Source: a virus
Taxonomy: Duplodnaviria > Caudoviricetes
Direction: 5' to 3' (one strand)
IMG/VR virus record: IMGVR_UViG_3300049182_000044
Coordinates: 192,001-256,000 of that record
DNA: 64,000 nucleotides
Shown here: one piece after another, positions 55,767 to 64,000 of the stretch
Position numbering within the stretch: position 1 is the first letter of the stretch
Layout: the number at the start of each line of letters is the position of its first letter
Notes under the pieces: model-generated
Database searches by the model: none
Told to the model about the DNA's origin: nothing
What the model saw: only the letters and a program-made list of their open reading frames with translations
Translations under genes and position numbers: made by a program

Positions 55767-56288
55767 TTACTGATGCACCTTGCGTGTTGATTTCTTGCCG
55801 TTGCTCGCCTTCTGCATACGAGCATAACAGAAATCACCTTCCTCAACTACTTCAAGTCCGAATCGCCGGAGGAAGGATTTCTTGAATCGCTTGCTTTGTT
55901 CGGGTGCGATGCGACGTACACGAACGCCGGACTCGATTGCGTGCTTGAGTGCCTTTTCGGTCACGCCACTCTTGAATGCAACCTTGTCTTCCTTCTTGTA
56001 CTGAATCGAGTATGTTTCAGGTGCTTCGGCACGCGAAGGAACATATTCAGGTACGAACATGCGAGTGCCTTCTGCGTACAGCTTGAAGTTCAAGTGCTTC
56101 GTCGGAATCTTCTCGCCCTTTTCGAGATCGAGGACGAAACGAATGCGGTTCTGGTACAGCTTCTTGATGTTGGACTTCGAGCACTTGATCGACGCCGGTG
56201 TTTCGTGATCCCCTGCTGAGAACTCGTTCTCAGCAAGCGGCAGGACTTGGTTGACTTTCAGCAGATTGTCGGTGATAAACAGAATCAT
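55767..56288 (-). CDS. Hypothetical protein, paralogue of 40406-40939
   Basis: MILFITDNLLK N-terminus shared; SD AGGAG. Confidence 0.7.
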   Translation of the reverse strand: MILFITDNLLKVNQVLPLAENEFSAGDHETPASIKCSKSNIKKLYQNRIRFVLDLEKGEKIPTKHLNFKLYAEGTRMFVPEYVPSRAEAPETYSIQYKKEDKVAFKSGVTEKALKHAIESGVRVRRIAPEQSKRFKKSFLRRFGLEVVEEGDFCYARMQKASNGKKSTRKVHQ

Positions 56289-56316
56289 GATCTTCTCCTA
56301 ATGTAGTTGATGAACA

Positions 56317-56823
56317 TTACTTCTTACTGGTCACACGAATAAACTCCGAGTGCGATCGCACTACGGTTGCTGCAATTTGAATTGCATACGATGGCGTTTC
56401 GTTGTGCCCACCACCTATCATACGCTGTCGATACTCGAACAGCATCGAACCATTTGTGACTTGCATCAAATGGCATCCCTTCTTTGGGAGCATCTTCACC
56501 AAGTACGCCAGAACCTTAGTGCCGTATGGGAACAACTCTTTGAAACCCTCGTCGAAGTAAAAATACAACGGCACTGAATCCTTATCGACGATGAACTTTC
56601 CATCTATTGCGTCACCGCTCTCCTCGTCAAACTTTGCTGCACGAAACACCTTGTTCTCAGGTGTGTTTAAGTACGTGTACAGTGCGTTGAAGAATAAGTT
56701 GAGCGAATCCGCTTCACTCAACGCGCCGACCGCTTCACGATTGGCCTTAGTACGCTTCATAAGGCCGATGCGGTGTTTAAGTTCATTGCTCTTGCTGACT
56801 TTTGCTTTTTCTGTCTTTTTCAT
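56317..56823 (-). CDS. Hypothetical protein
   Basis: Start MKKTEK with SD GGGGAG. Confidence 0.6.
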   Translation of the reverse strand: MKKTEKAKVSKSNELKHRIGLMKRTKANREAVGALSEADSLNLFFNALYTYLNTPENKVFRAAKFDEESGDAIDGKFIVDKDSVPLYFYFDEGFKELFPYGTKVLAYLVKMLPKKGCHLMQVTNGSMLFEYRQRMIGGGHNETPSYAIQIAATVVRSHSEFIRVTSKK

Positions 56824-56824
56824 T

Positions 56825-57034
56825 TTAGCTCCCCTGAATTTCGTCGAACAGCTTAAGTGCGGCTTTGTCTTCGTAAAATACCTTGCCGCATTCACACTTG
56901 ATTTGAGCAGTTGCACCTAGCAGCTTCCTAGCTGGCTTCACTGTGTGCGTCCACATTCGATGTGAATCTAGCCCGTTTAATATCGCGTGTGTCGCATGAG
57001 CTAGGTTTGCCCAGATGACTTTAATCAGTTTCAT
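56825..57034 (-). CDS. Small hypothetical protein
   Basis: Start MKLIKV with SD GGAGG; CECG. Confidence 0.55.
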   Translation of the reverse strand: MKLIKVIWANLAHATHAILNGLDSHRMWTHTVKPARKLLGATAQIKCECGKVFYEDKAALKLFDEIQGS

Positions 57035-57045
57035 AGGACCTCCTA

Positions 57046-57321
57046 TCACGCGGGTGCCAAGCATTCGATCCTCGGGCGTGAGACCTTTATATATTCCTGA
57101 GGTCGCGCGACTGCCCCAGGATAGCCGCACACCGAAGTCCATTCAACGGCCAATTTGACAGGGTTGCAGAACCGGCCGTTCTTCTGCAATTGGATTGATG
57201 GGATCGATAGCAGCTTCACGCCGTCCTCAATCACAACTCGAATGCGAGGGTCACCTTCAACCTCGCGTCGTTTTACTCGCCAGCCTGTCTTCCGGTCGAA
57301 GCTGCATATCAAAATTCCCAT
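57046..57321 (-). CDS. Hypothetical protein
   Basis: 91 aa, SD GAGG. Confidence 0.5.
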   Translation of the reverse strand: MGILICSFDRKTGWRVKRREVEGDPRIRVVIEDGVKLLSIPSIQLQKNGRFCNPVKLAVEWTSVCGYPGAVARPQEYIKVSRPRIECLAPA

Positions 57322-57337
57322 AACCGTTCCTCAAATG

Positions 57338-57568
57338 TTAGTTGTTAGCAACAGGAGATGTAAGGACGAACGGTGCCTTATCCCTGCCTATTTTGTTACC
57401 AGATTCGTCGTAACAGAATCCATCGCGACAGTTTTCAAGAATCAACGTGCCTGTCTGTACAACCTCTCCCTTGACAGGCTCGTTGGCGCGAATGTACCAG
57501 CTCGTGATCGCCGATGCTACGAAAGCGCTCACGAACGTCAGCAGTGCGATACGTTTCAGGCGACTCAT
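57338..57568 (-). CDS. Small exported/membrane protein
   Basis: N-terminal hydrophobic helix. Confidence 0.6.
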   Translation of the reverse strand: MSRLKRIALLTFVSAFVASAITSWYIRANEPVKGEVVQTGTLILENCRDGFCYDESGNKIGRDKAPFVLTSPVANN

Positions 57569-57864
57569 ACCTTCAACTGCTCTTCAGCCCAAATCTGGCA
57601 GTCGTTCCAGGTGTACTCAAGCAAGTAGTACACGATTTCACCCATCGTGGGTTCCCCCGCCGCCTTCGCTACCTCGTCGCAGGACTCGCGGAGTGTCTTG
57701 CGGTAGAACTGAGCATAGTCAACCATGTCTGCGTAGGAGTTGTCAGGGTCGGCCTTGCGTTCAGCTTCAGACTTAGCTGAAGCTTCGGCTGAGGCGGCTT
57801 TATCGTAGGATTCTTCACGAACACGCATGGCGTCGAGAAGCATTTGAGCAAATTTCTTATTCAC
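57565..57864 (-). CDS. Hypothetical protein
   Basis: 99 aa, SD AAGGAG. Confidence 0.65.
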   Translation of the reverse strand: MNKKFAQMLLDAMRVREESYDKAASAEASAKSEAERKADPDNSYADMVDYAQFYRKTLRESCDEVAKAAGEPTMGEIVYYLLEYTWNDCQIWAEEQLKV

Positions 57865-57899
57865 ATTTTCTCCTTGTTAGTGAAGTCTATAACCATGCC

Positions 57900-58307
57900 T
57901 TATTTAACCACACGCGGCCTGAAACCTTCCAAGCACCTTGGAAAGATTTCGAGCAATTTTTCGTTGGCTTGGCGCAGTACGAAGCCTCGCATTTCAGCAC
58001 GCAAACGATCATACAGCTTATTGCGATCAAAATCGTTCATGTGTGCATCGAATTGATAGTGCTTTGGAAAATTATCGACGGTCATATCAACCAGCACTAG
58101 ATGCTCAGAGCTTTGTGTCGCCTGGTATAAAACTACAACTACGTTTTCGCCGCTCTTATCGGTGACGGTCAAACCCAACTGACTTCGTCCTTGTAAGATG
58201 GGTTCCGCCTTCAGCGCCAAAAGCTCAGGGTTTAACTTCAAAAACAAATCTGATGCTTCATTCGGCTCTTCGATGACGATAAGTTGATTCTCGATGCTGT
58301 GTGGCAT
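57900..58307 (-). CDS. Hypothetical protein
   Basis: 135 aa, SD AAGGAG. Confidence 0.65.
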   Translation of the reverse strand: MPHSIENQLIVIEEPNEASDLFLKLNPELLALKAEPILQGRSQLGLTVTDKSGENVVVVLYQATQSSEHLVLVDMTVDNFPKHYQFDAHMNDFDRNKLYDRLRAEMRGFVLRQANEKLLEIFPRCLEGFRPRVVK

Positions 58308-58356
58308 TTCGTTACTCCTTCAAGGTTGAACGGGGCAGGTGCCCCGCTCTTTTGCG

Positions 58357-58806
58357 CTACAAACCTTTGCGCAGGGTTGTCATCAGTTCAATGAAGTCTT
58401 CCCGATGCTCAAGGGCAAACTTAAGCAGCTCTCGGGCGTTGCGTATACCCATGAGCTTGTTCAACGACCTCAGGTGGTCATTGATGAACGAGCGAACCCG
58501 CATCGACGAGCCAAACAGCGTCATGAGGTTGCGCAGCATTTCACAGACCGTGGTCTGCCGATCCAGGTTGAGCTGGACGGCAATCGAGTCTTGCGTATAG
58601 CCACTGATGAACAGCCTGACAACCTGATAGGCTGTCTCAGTTATGGTTATAGGCTCTGTGCTGAATGCGTGATCGAGATTGCGGTTCAGATCTTGCAATA
58701 CAAACCCGTATGCCGCACCTACCTCGTGAGCGTCCACGCGATCAGCTGAGTACCGAAGTGCCGTTGACAGGATGTGCCTGTAACAGTCCTCAGTTAAAAT
58801 TTTCAC
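58357..58806 (-). CDS. HTH DNA-binding protein
   Basis: VVRLFISGYTQDSIAVQLNLDRQT HTH pattern; GTG start with SD GGAGG. Confidence 0.55.
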   Translation of the reverse strand: MKILTEDCYRHILSTALRYSADRVDAHEVGAAYGFVLQDLNRNLDHAFSTEPITITETAYQVVRLFISGYTQDSIAVQLNLDRQTTVCEMLRNLMTLFGSSMRVRSFINDHLRSLNKLMGIRNARELLKFALEHREDFIELMTTLRKGL

Positions 58807-58922
58807 GATACCTCCCCAAGCTGGTGAGCCATGCTGTACCTTTCAAATGATGATTGATGAATTTCCTACTTGCGCAACCTGACGGTTTTGCGAATCGTGT
58901 GGGGCAGGTCCCCCACGCCTCG

Positions 58923-58951
58923 ATTATAACACACATTCCCTGATTTGTCAA
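58923..58951 (-). promoter_or_regulatory. sigma70 promoter
   Basis: TTGACA-17 bp-TATAAT perfect consensus. Confidence 0.9.
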
Positions 58952-59037
58952 ATCGACGGGCCAGGAACGGGCATACGTCAGAACCGTCAGGTTTGCGGAA
59001 TCCATGCGACAAAGGGAGCCACGATGGGCTCCAGATG

Positions 59038-59511
59038 TTATTGCTTGTGTGCGAGGCGCTCGATAATGATCTTAGCTGCCTCGTAGAACGAATCAGTGTT
59101 ACTCTCACGGTCGGACTCCCCGGTCGGGCCTGTCACAGTTACTACGTGTGGGTATGGATACATCTCGTGCTTATAGGCAAACGTGAACTCCCAGCCATCC
59201 GGCAGTCGATCACGCAGGAGGTCTGTTGCATCAGCAATGCGCGTCGCGGCAGACATGGTGTTGACCTCTACCAGCTTGACGCCTGTGATCTTAGCGATGA
59301 AGGCTGTCTTATGCTCTTCGGAGAGATTGGCCTGAGCTTCACGCACGTTCTTGATGAACGCATCGGCAACCTCTTGAGCGGTGTGCTCTTCATACGTGCC
59401 ACCTGTTGCGCGATCATGTGCAATACGCACTTGCTGCAAGTCGCGCATGTTGTGTCCTACGATATAGGCTTCTCGCGCAATATCGCTGGTGATGATAAGA
59501 ATCTTTTTCAT
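59038..59511 (-). CDS. Hypothetical protein
   Basis: 157 aa. Confidence 0.65.
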   Translation of the reverse strand: MKKILIITSDIAREAYIVGHNMRDLQQVRIAHDRATGGTYEEHTAQEVADAFIKNVREAQANLSEEHKTAFIAKITGVKLVEVNTMSAATRIADATDLLRDRLPDGWEFTFAYKHEMYPYPHVVTVTGPTGESDRESNTDSFYEAAKIIIERLAHKQ

Positions 59512-59571
59512 AATCGTTTTTCTAATCGTTGTGAGACAACGGGAAGCCGCATAGGACTTCCCGTGTGTTAC

Positions 59572-59925
59572 TTACTGCTTGATATATTCAAGGTGGTTCT
59601 GCTCGTTGCGTCCGAGCTTCGCTACCTGGAGATGGTCTTCGAGATTGTTGCGGTCATGGATATCGGACACGAAGCGGCCAAGTGCAATTCGGTCGCCACG
59701 TTCGATAGTGTTCCATGAGTCTTGTGTGAACAAATCCTTGACTTCAAACACGATTCCGCGAGGAACCATACGCATTTGGTCAAACACCTGTTTCCCCATG
59801 GCTGTGATCCCACCCTCTTCAAGAGGGACTGGTGTGTAGTCATCGAGGCGCCGCTCTTGCTCTGGAGCCACTACAACCACTGATACAGACACGTTGATTT
59901 GCACACCTTGTTGCGCTAAACTCAT
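59572..59925 (-). CDS. DUF1413-like protein
   Basis: FEVKDLF...WN.I.RGDR..LGR.V pattern; SD AAAGGA. Confidence 0.6.
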   Translation of the reverse strand: MSLAQQGVQINVSVSVVVVAPEQERRLDDYTPVPLEEGGITAMGKQVFDQMRMVPRGIVFEVKDLFTQDSWNTIERGDRIALGRFVSDIHDRNNLEDHLQVAKLGRNEQNHLEYIKQ

Positions 59926-59946
59926 AGAGTTTCCTTTCACTGCACC

Positions 59947-60051
59947 TTAATGACGGGTGCGAAGTAGGTTGTACACGTAAGCGTGTAAGGCTTGCCGTGG
60001 TGTGATGTCCATACGGAACACTACGACCTTGGCTTGCATGGTAACGGTCAT
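59947..60051 (-). CDS. Small protein (34 aa), not in ORF track
   Basis: SD AAAGGAG, ATGA overlap; MTVTMQAKVVVFRMDITPRQALHAYVYNLLRTRH. Confidence 0.5.
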   Translation of the reverse strand: MTVTMQAKVVVFRMDITPRQALHAYVYNLLRTRH

Positions 60052-60515
60052 AACGCACTCTCCTTTCCTATTGAGCCGTTGAATACGTACTCGAGCTTAC
60101 GGGGTCGGTACGTCCCCTTTTCGACCCGGGTCAGGTCGAAACCGAAATGATTGACGAATGGACGGCTGAACTCGTCTAACATCTCTTGACTAACGCTGCA
60201 CACAGGCTTGTCACAATCGAGCTTGCGTAACATGCGTTCTGTTAAATGGATACCGATGCCTCGGGATCGGTAGACCGGATCGACGCGAATTGCCCTCAGC
60301 TTTGTTTCCTCTTCAGTGCGCTTACCCAACGCGACACCGACGATGCGATCATGCTCCTTGGCGAGTAAAAGCGTGTCATGACCTGTAAGGATGCCTGGGA
60401 GTACCTTGTTAGTCAACCAAAACTCAAAGCCTGGGTAGTAAGTGCCTAAACTCCGAAGTGTCTGAAAGGCAAGCACAGCCTCGGTTAAGGTTGTGCCCTG
60501 TTGATATGCGATCAT
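60048..60515 (-). CDS. GNAT acetyltransferase
   Basis: KLRAIRVDPVYRSRGIG...F..FGF. Confidence 0.85.
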   Translation of the reverse strand: MIAYQQGTTLTEAVLAFQTLRSLGTYYPGFEFWLTNKVLPGILTGHDTLLLAKEHDRIVGVALGKRTEEETKLRAIRVDPVYRSRGIGIHLTERMLRKLDCDKPVCSVSQEMLDEFSRPFVNHFGFDLTRVEKGTYRPRKLEYVFNGSIGKESAL

Positions 60516-61084
60516 TATCCCTCGACCTCAGCCGGAACTTCCGGCGCGACGTACACCGCAGCGTCACTGAACTCCGTGCAGTCGCTAATACTTACACGCA
60601 GGTCGTAGAACGGATGCGGATCATCAACGGTGTCCACTTGATGCGACAACCAGATATCTCCCAGGCGGGATGCGCCCGTCACACGATAGCGCCAGTTCTT
60701 ATAGGTGCAGAACAGACGCTTGTCTTTGAAAAAGGGCTTGAAGAGCTCCTTAAGGCCGGCACTGAGCGTAAAGTACAGGAACATGAAGCGCGCGTACGCC
60801 TGAGAGCGCGGTCCGTAGTCGATGAAGAAGTTGACGTGCTTTTCTTCCTTGTTCTGCTTCGCGTACATGCGATCTGCAACGCTGGCCATCTTCCCATACA
60901 TGGCTTCAAATGAATCGAGCACCTTGCCCCTCTCCGCCTGCGCGATCTTGAGAGTGTCGGTTGTGAGTCGATGTTCGACGATGGAACAAGCGCATTCAAG
61001 CAGATTGACGAGCGCGTTCGTGTCGAGCAATTCGAGATTGACGTATTTTTCAGTTTCAAGATGGCTGTTGTTGGCGCTGTTCAT
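60515..61084 (-). CDS. Hypothetical protein
   Basis: 189 aa, SD GAGG. Confidence 0.65.
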   Translation of the reverse strand: MNSANNSHLETEKYVNLELLDTNALVNLLECACSIVEHRLTTDTLKIAQAERGKVLDSFEAMYGKMASVADRMYAKQNKEEKHVNFFIDYGPRSQAYARFMFLYFTLSAGLKELFKPFFKDKRLFCTYKNWRYRVTGASRLGDIWLSHQVDTVDDPHPFYDLRVSISDCTEFSDAAVYVAPEVPAEVEG

Positions 61085-61475
61085 GTTTTACCTCGTCGAT
61101 TTGTTCATGCAGGGTTTGAAAATCGGTCTTGAACTTACGCAGCAGATCGTGCTGCAAGTTGAAGTGCAAGAGGCTGCCGGCAGAATTGATTGCGTCCTTC
61201 CAATCGTTGCCTACGTCACCACATTCGGCGAGCATGGCTCCTGTGAAGCCGCAACGGACAACTGCATCCCAAGAGCCTCGTCCGTTCTTCACAGCCCGAA
61301 GTTTGAAGATAGCACCGATGCCGTTTTCGTCAGGAAAGTTAGATGCAGTTCTCGGGCGATTCGGGCCGTGATAAGCCTTGTCAAAAAGGTCAGCCACTTC
61401 TTGATTGGGGAATACCAAAACCTGTTTGACTGCTGGGTCGCCTTCCCAGTCATGAGCTTGCGTGAATACGAGCAT
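61056..61475 (-). CDS. Hypothetical protein
   Basis: Start MLVFTQ with SD AGGAGG. Confidence 0.6.
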   Translation of the reverse strand: MLVFTQAHDWEGDPAVKQVLVFPNQEVADLFDKAYHGPNRPRTASNFPDENGIGAIFKLRAVKNGRGSWDAVVRCGFTGAMLAECGDVGNDWKDAINSAGSLLHFNLQHDLLRKFKTDFQTLHEQIDEVKHEQRQQQPS

Positions 61476-61476
61476 G

Positions 61477-61701
61477 TTACCTCCTTGAGAGTTCGCGTTT
61501 GCGGCGGGCAGCTTCCGCATGTTGAGCTTCGGGTGCAGCGAGATCAATCTCGGTGATACCCAGTTCCTTTTGGTATGCGATCAAGAAGTCACCGAAGGCT
61601 TCCACCAGCGTTCGACCGCGTCCTACTTTAGGACTGCCTGGTGCACCTTTCGGCTCGACTTGAAACTGCCCTTTCGTAGGGCTTGTAACGAGTAGTTCCA
61701 T
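61477..61701 (-). CDS. Hypothetical protein
   Basis: 74 aa. Confidence 0.6.
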   Translation of the reverse strand: MELLVTSPTKGQFQVEPKGAPGSPKVGRGRTLVEAFGDFLIAYQKELGITEIDLAAPEAQHAEAARRKRELSRR

Positions 61702-61705
61702 AATG

Positions 61706-62185
61706 TCACACGATTGATGGGTTGTTGGTGAACACTCGAACCAGCTTCTTCATCGTTGCATCGAGTGAATTTTCGTTTCGCTCGCTTGGGAGTACCTCGT
61801 CAAGGGCTTCAGCGATCTCTCCCCAGGTGAGATGCACAAGCTCGGGAGCTCGAAACGATGTGCCGTTTCGTATGCGCTTTAATCGAATACCTAGGTCGCG
61901 GTAGTCAGGTTTCGCAGACACGATCTCCAGAAGCTGCTCGATTACGGCTTCGGGCTTTCGAGGTTGCGTTACACCGCGATGCTCTGCTGTCAACGTATCG
62001 AAAATTTCCCGTGCTCGATCCCGACTGCAAGTCAACTGCTGATTCAAGTAAGAGTGATACTCGGTGAACAGCTCGTCGCTTTCAATGTCTCGTTCTATCT
62101 CAGCACGGCGAAGTTCATGCACCAACATGAGGCTTCCAAGTGCTATCAGGTGGGTTGCGCGTTCACGCTCACGAATTGGTGACAT
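61706..62185 (-). CDS. Hypothetical protein
   Basis: 159 aa, SD AAGGAG. Confidence 0.6.
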   Translation of the reverse strand: MSPIRERERATHLIALGSLMLVHELRRAEIERDIESDELFTEYHSYLNQQLTCSRDRAREIFDTLTAEHRGVTQPRKPEAVIEQLLEIVSAKPDYRDLGIRLKRIRNGTSFRAPELVHLTWGEIAEALDEVLPSERNENSLDATMKKLVRVFTNNPSIV

Positions 62186-62645
62186 TTGTCTTCTCCTTAG
62201 CTACTTCTTCACGAATTTGTTGAAGGGACTTGAAGCCATACTTTTGATGATGTTGCAGCATCCGTTCAGTGCGTTCCTCTCGCTTCAACTTACTGAACAC
62301 GGCCTCGCCCGCATCGATCTCTTCCCAGGTAGCCTGATCGTACACAGGCTGCTTCTTCCAGTCAAGAGCACCGAACCATCCGATTCGTACTGCAGCCCGC
62401 ATTGCAGGGTTGATGTTGTTTTCATCGCACCAGGACTCGAAGATCTGATCTGGGTTCGGTGCCCACATTACGCAATTCAGTGCAGGGAAATAATAGAGCT
62501 GCATGGTCTTGCGAGCGGCGTACTCGTTCTCAATGAACTCTTTACCGCGCAAACCCCTACGCACTCCATCTTCCCGAGACTTGTTTAGTACGTCAAAGAA
62601 GTGGCGTGTCTCTTCTTCAGTGGCTTTACGATGCGTGAGTGGCAT
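62169..62645 (-). CDS. Hypothetical protein
   Basis: 158 aa, SD GAAGG. Confidence 0.6.
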   Translation of the reverse strand: MPLTHRKATEEETRHFFDVLNKSREDGVRRGLRGKEFIENEYAARKTMQLYYFPALNCVMWAPNPDQIFESWCDENNINPAMRAAVRIGWFGALDWKKQPVYDQATWEEIDAGEAVFSKLKREERTERMLQHHQKYGFKSLQQIREEVAKEKTNVTNS

Positions 62646-63087
62646 TACCTTCTCCCAAGTTGAGACCTCCGTTATTCAAGATATCCGCAGTCATTCGCTT
62701 ACGGTCATCGTCGTAGGCATCACGTACCTGCTGCCAAGGCATGATAGGGAAGTTAATGAACTTGTGATATGCTTCACCATCGAGTGGTGTGCCGTTGGGC
62801 ACGTAGGTATCACGATTGCGGTACCACGTACAGTCACTAAGGTTGACGATCATCTTGGCTTTGAAGAACAAAGCGACGGGAAGATCGTCACGTTTGGCGA
62901 TCGTCTGAAATGCAGCACCGCTACTGAACTCGAATGCCCAGTTGACATCCGTCTGCATACGCTCTTCGTACTTGCGTTTGCGATACTCACGCAGCTCATG
63001 ATCGAACAGCATTTTAGCTGACCAGCCGACGATCAGGCCGATCAAGACTAAGCCAGCTATTCCCCACATAGACATTTGGATCATCAT
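62626..63087 (-). CDS. Membrane-anchored hypothetical protein
   Basis: N-terminal TM helix; SD GGAG. Confidence 0.6.
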   Translation of the reverse strand: MMIQMSMWGIAGLVLIGLIVGWSAKMLFDHELREYRKRKYEERMQTDVNWAFEFSSGAAFQTIAKRDDLPVALFFKAKMIVNLSDCTWYRNRDTYVPNGTPLDGEAYHKFINFPIMPWQQVRDAYDDDRKRMTADILNNGGLNLGEGNATHAS

Positions 63088-63089
63088 TT

Positions 63090-63503
63090 TTATTCTCCAG
63101 GTAGTAGTAAAGCGATTTCACGATTGACTTTGCGGGCGTAGCGCACAGTAGACCAAGTGCCGCTACGCAGCTGTTCTTCTCTCTCGTAAGGTGTCGCTAC
63201 GAGGGTTGAGCAGACCTTAACTATGTCCTTGTTGCGATCAAGATACTCCTTCTCAGGTAGTATCGCGTCATAGTCACAGTGCGCTCGTTTGTTTGGGTTC
63301 TTCGGAGGATGAATCACGATGCGGCAATCAGGACACACCTTACGCACTATCTTATGCGCGTCTGCGTCTGCCCCAATACAGTCACCATGATGGAATTCAT
63401 CCGGCTCGTACATCTTCACAAAGGCTCTGAAGGCGGTGCGCTGGTATAGCGTCATGCCCTGCTGAGTACCTGTGAAGCCGAGTATCTTGATTAGATTCAA
63501 CAC
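63090..63503 (-). CDS. SLOG-superfamily protein
   Basis: GFTGTQ, HHGDCIGAD, RNKDIV, SGTWSTVRYA. Confidence 0.7.
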   Translation of the reverse strand: MLNLIKILGFTGTQQGMTLYQRTAFRAFVKMYEPDEFHHGDCIGADADAHKIVRKVCPDCRIVIHPPKNPNKRAHCDYDAILPEKEYLDRNKDIVKVCSTLVATPYEREEQLRSGTWSTVRYARKVNREIALLLPGE

Positions 63504-63512
63504 GGCAACCCC

Positions 63513-63989
63513 TTAGGTATCTTCCTCGGCGCATTCGTACACAATGCTGCGAAGTGCCTCGAAGTGCTGATGTGATGCGTATTGCTCGAGGTACTCGTCA
63601 AGCAATTTACGTACTTCATCTGCATCGAGTATTTCCTTAGGAAGGGTTTCGCGGAAACGTCTGTAGATTTCACCGGCCCGAACCTGAAGGCGTGTACTAT
63701 ACTCTTGCTCAGCATCTTTGCGCGCCTTAGCTTTCGCATTTAAGGAGCCAAGGAAGTCAATGATGAAGCGAGCGTCTTCGCCAGTCCATTTTACGCTATC
63801 GCCTGTATGTGAACGAATGCCCTGCACATTAGCGTAAATGAATTTCAGCTCTTTACCGCTAGCTATGATCTCGTAGTTCAGCTGAGACTGGCTCTGTTCT
63901 ACAGGAAACGGGTTCCCAACTTCCCAGGTAAATAAAGCAGCGGCTTCAGGATCGAGAGCGCGTTTGTGGATTGAAGTAAATGTCAACAT
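63513..63989 (-). CDS. Hypothetical protein
   Basis: 158 aa. Confidence 0.6.
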   Translation of the reverse strand: MLTFTSIHKRALDPEAAALFTWEVGNPFPVEQSQSQLNYEIIASGKELKFIYANVQGIRSHTGDSVKWTGEDARFIIDFLGSLNAKAKARKDAEQEYSTRLQVRAGEIYRRFRETLPKEILDADEVRKLLDEYLEQYASHQHFEALRSIVYECAEEDT

Positions 63990-64000
63990 GATTGGCCCTT

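Noticed and set aside
1-64000. Alternative genetic code or stop-codon readthrough
   Set aside because: Known genes are full length in the standard code; TAA, TGA and TAG behave as stops

Overview
64 kb segment of a large (jumbo-type) dsDNA tailed phage genome. Essentially every credible gene is on the minus strand, tightly packed with ATGA/TAATG overlaps and SD sequences; the long plus-strand ORFs are antisense shadows. Left third (1-19 kb): a cluster of unrelated enzymes (GNAT, two type IB topoisomerases, NAD-dependent ligase, Acb1-like 2H phosphoesterase, ART-like and ParB-like proteins) followed by portal and large terminase. Middle (19-39 kb): MmcB-like nuclease, DnaB-like helicase, sigma-like factor, HNH, GyrA/GyrB-type topoisomerase II, Lys-rich and Asp/Glu-rich proteins, GHKL ATPase. 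Right (39-64 kb): about 55 small early-type accessory genes under consensus sigma70 promoters. The gene set resembles the phiRSL1/Lu11/Y3-like jumbo myophages (inference; no database search run). Main hunt results: (1) a shared N-terminal peptide MK(I/L)x(I/V)(S/A)L(S/A) on about 10 unrelated proteins, a candidate capsid-targeting/maturation signal for an injected enzyme cargo; (2) a strand-biased intergenic AAYYGTAAW motif, a candidate phage-sigma promoter; (3) three sigma70 promoters with an AACC-N4-GGTT dyad at a fixed distance; (4) a roughly 300-nt ORF-free, multi-hairpin candidate ncRNA at 40.1-40.4 kb. All family calls come from motif recognition by eye. No tRNA, rRNA or CRISPR array was recognised.
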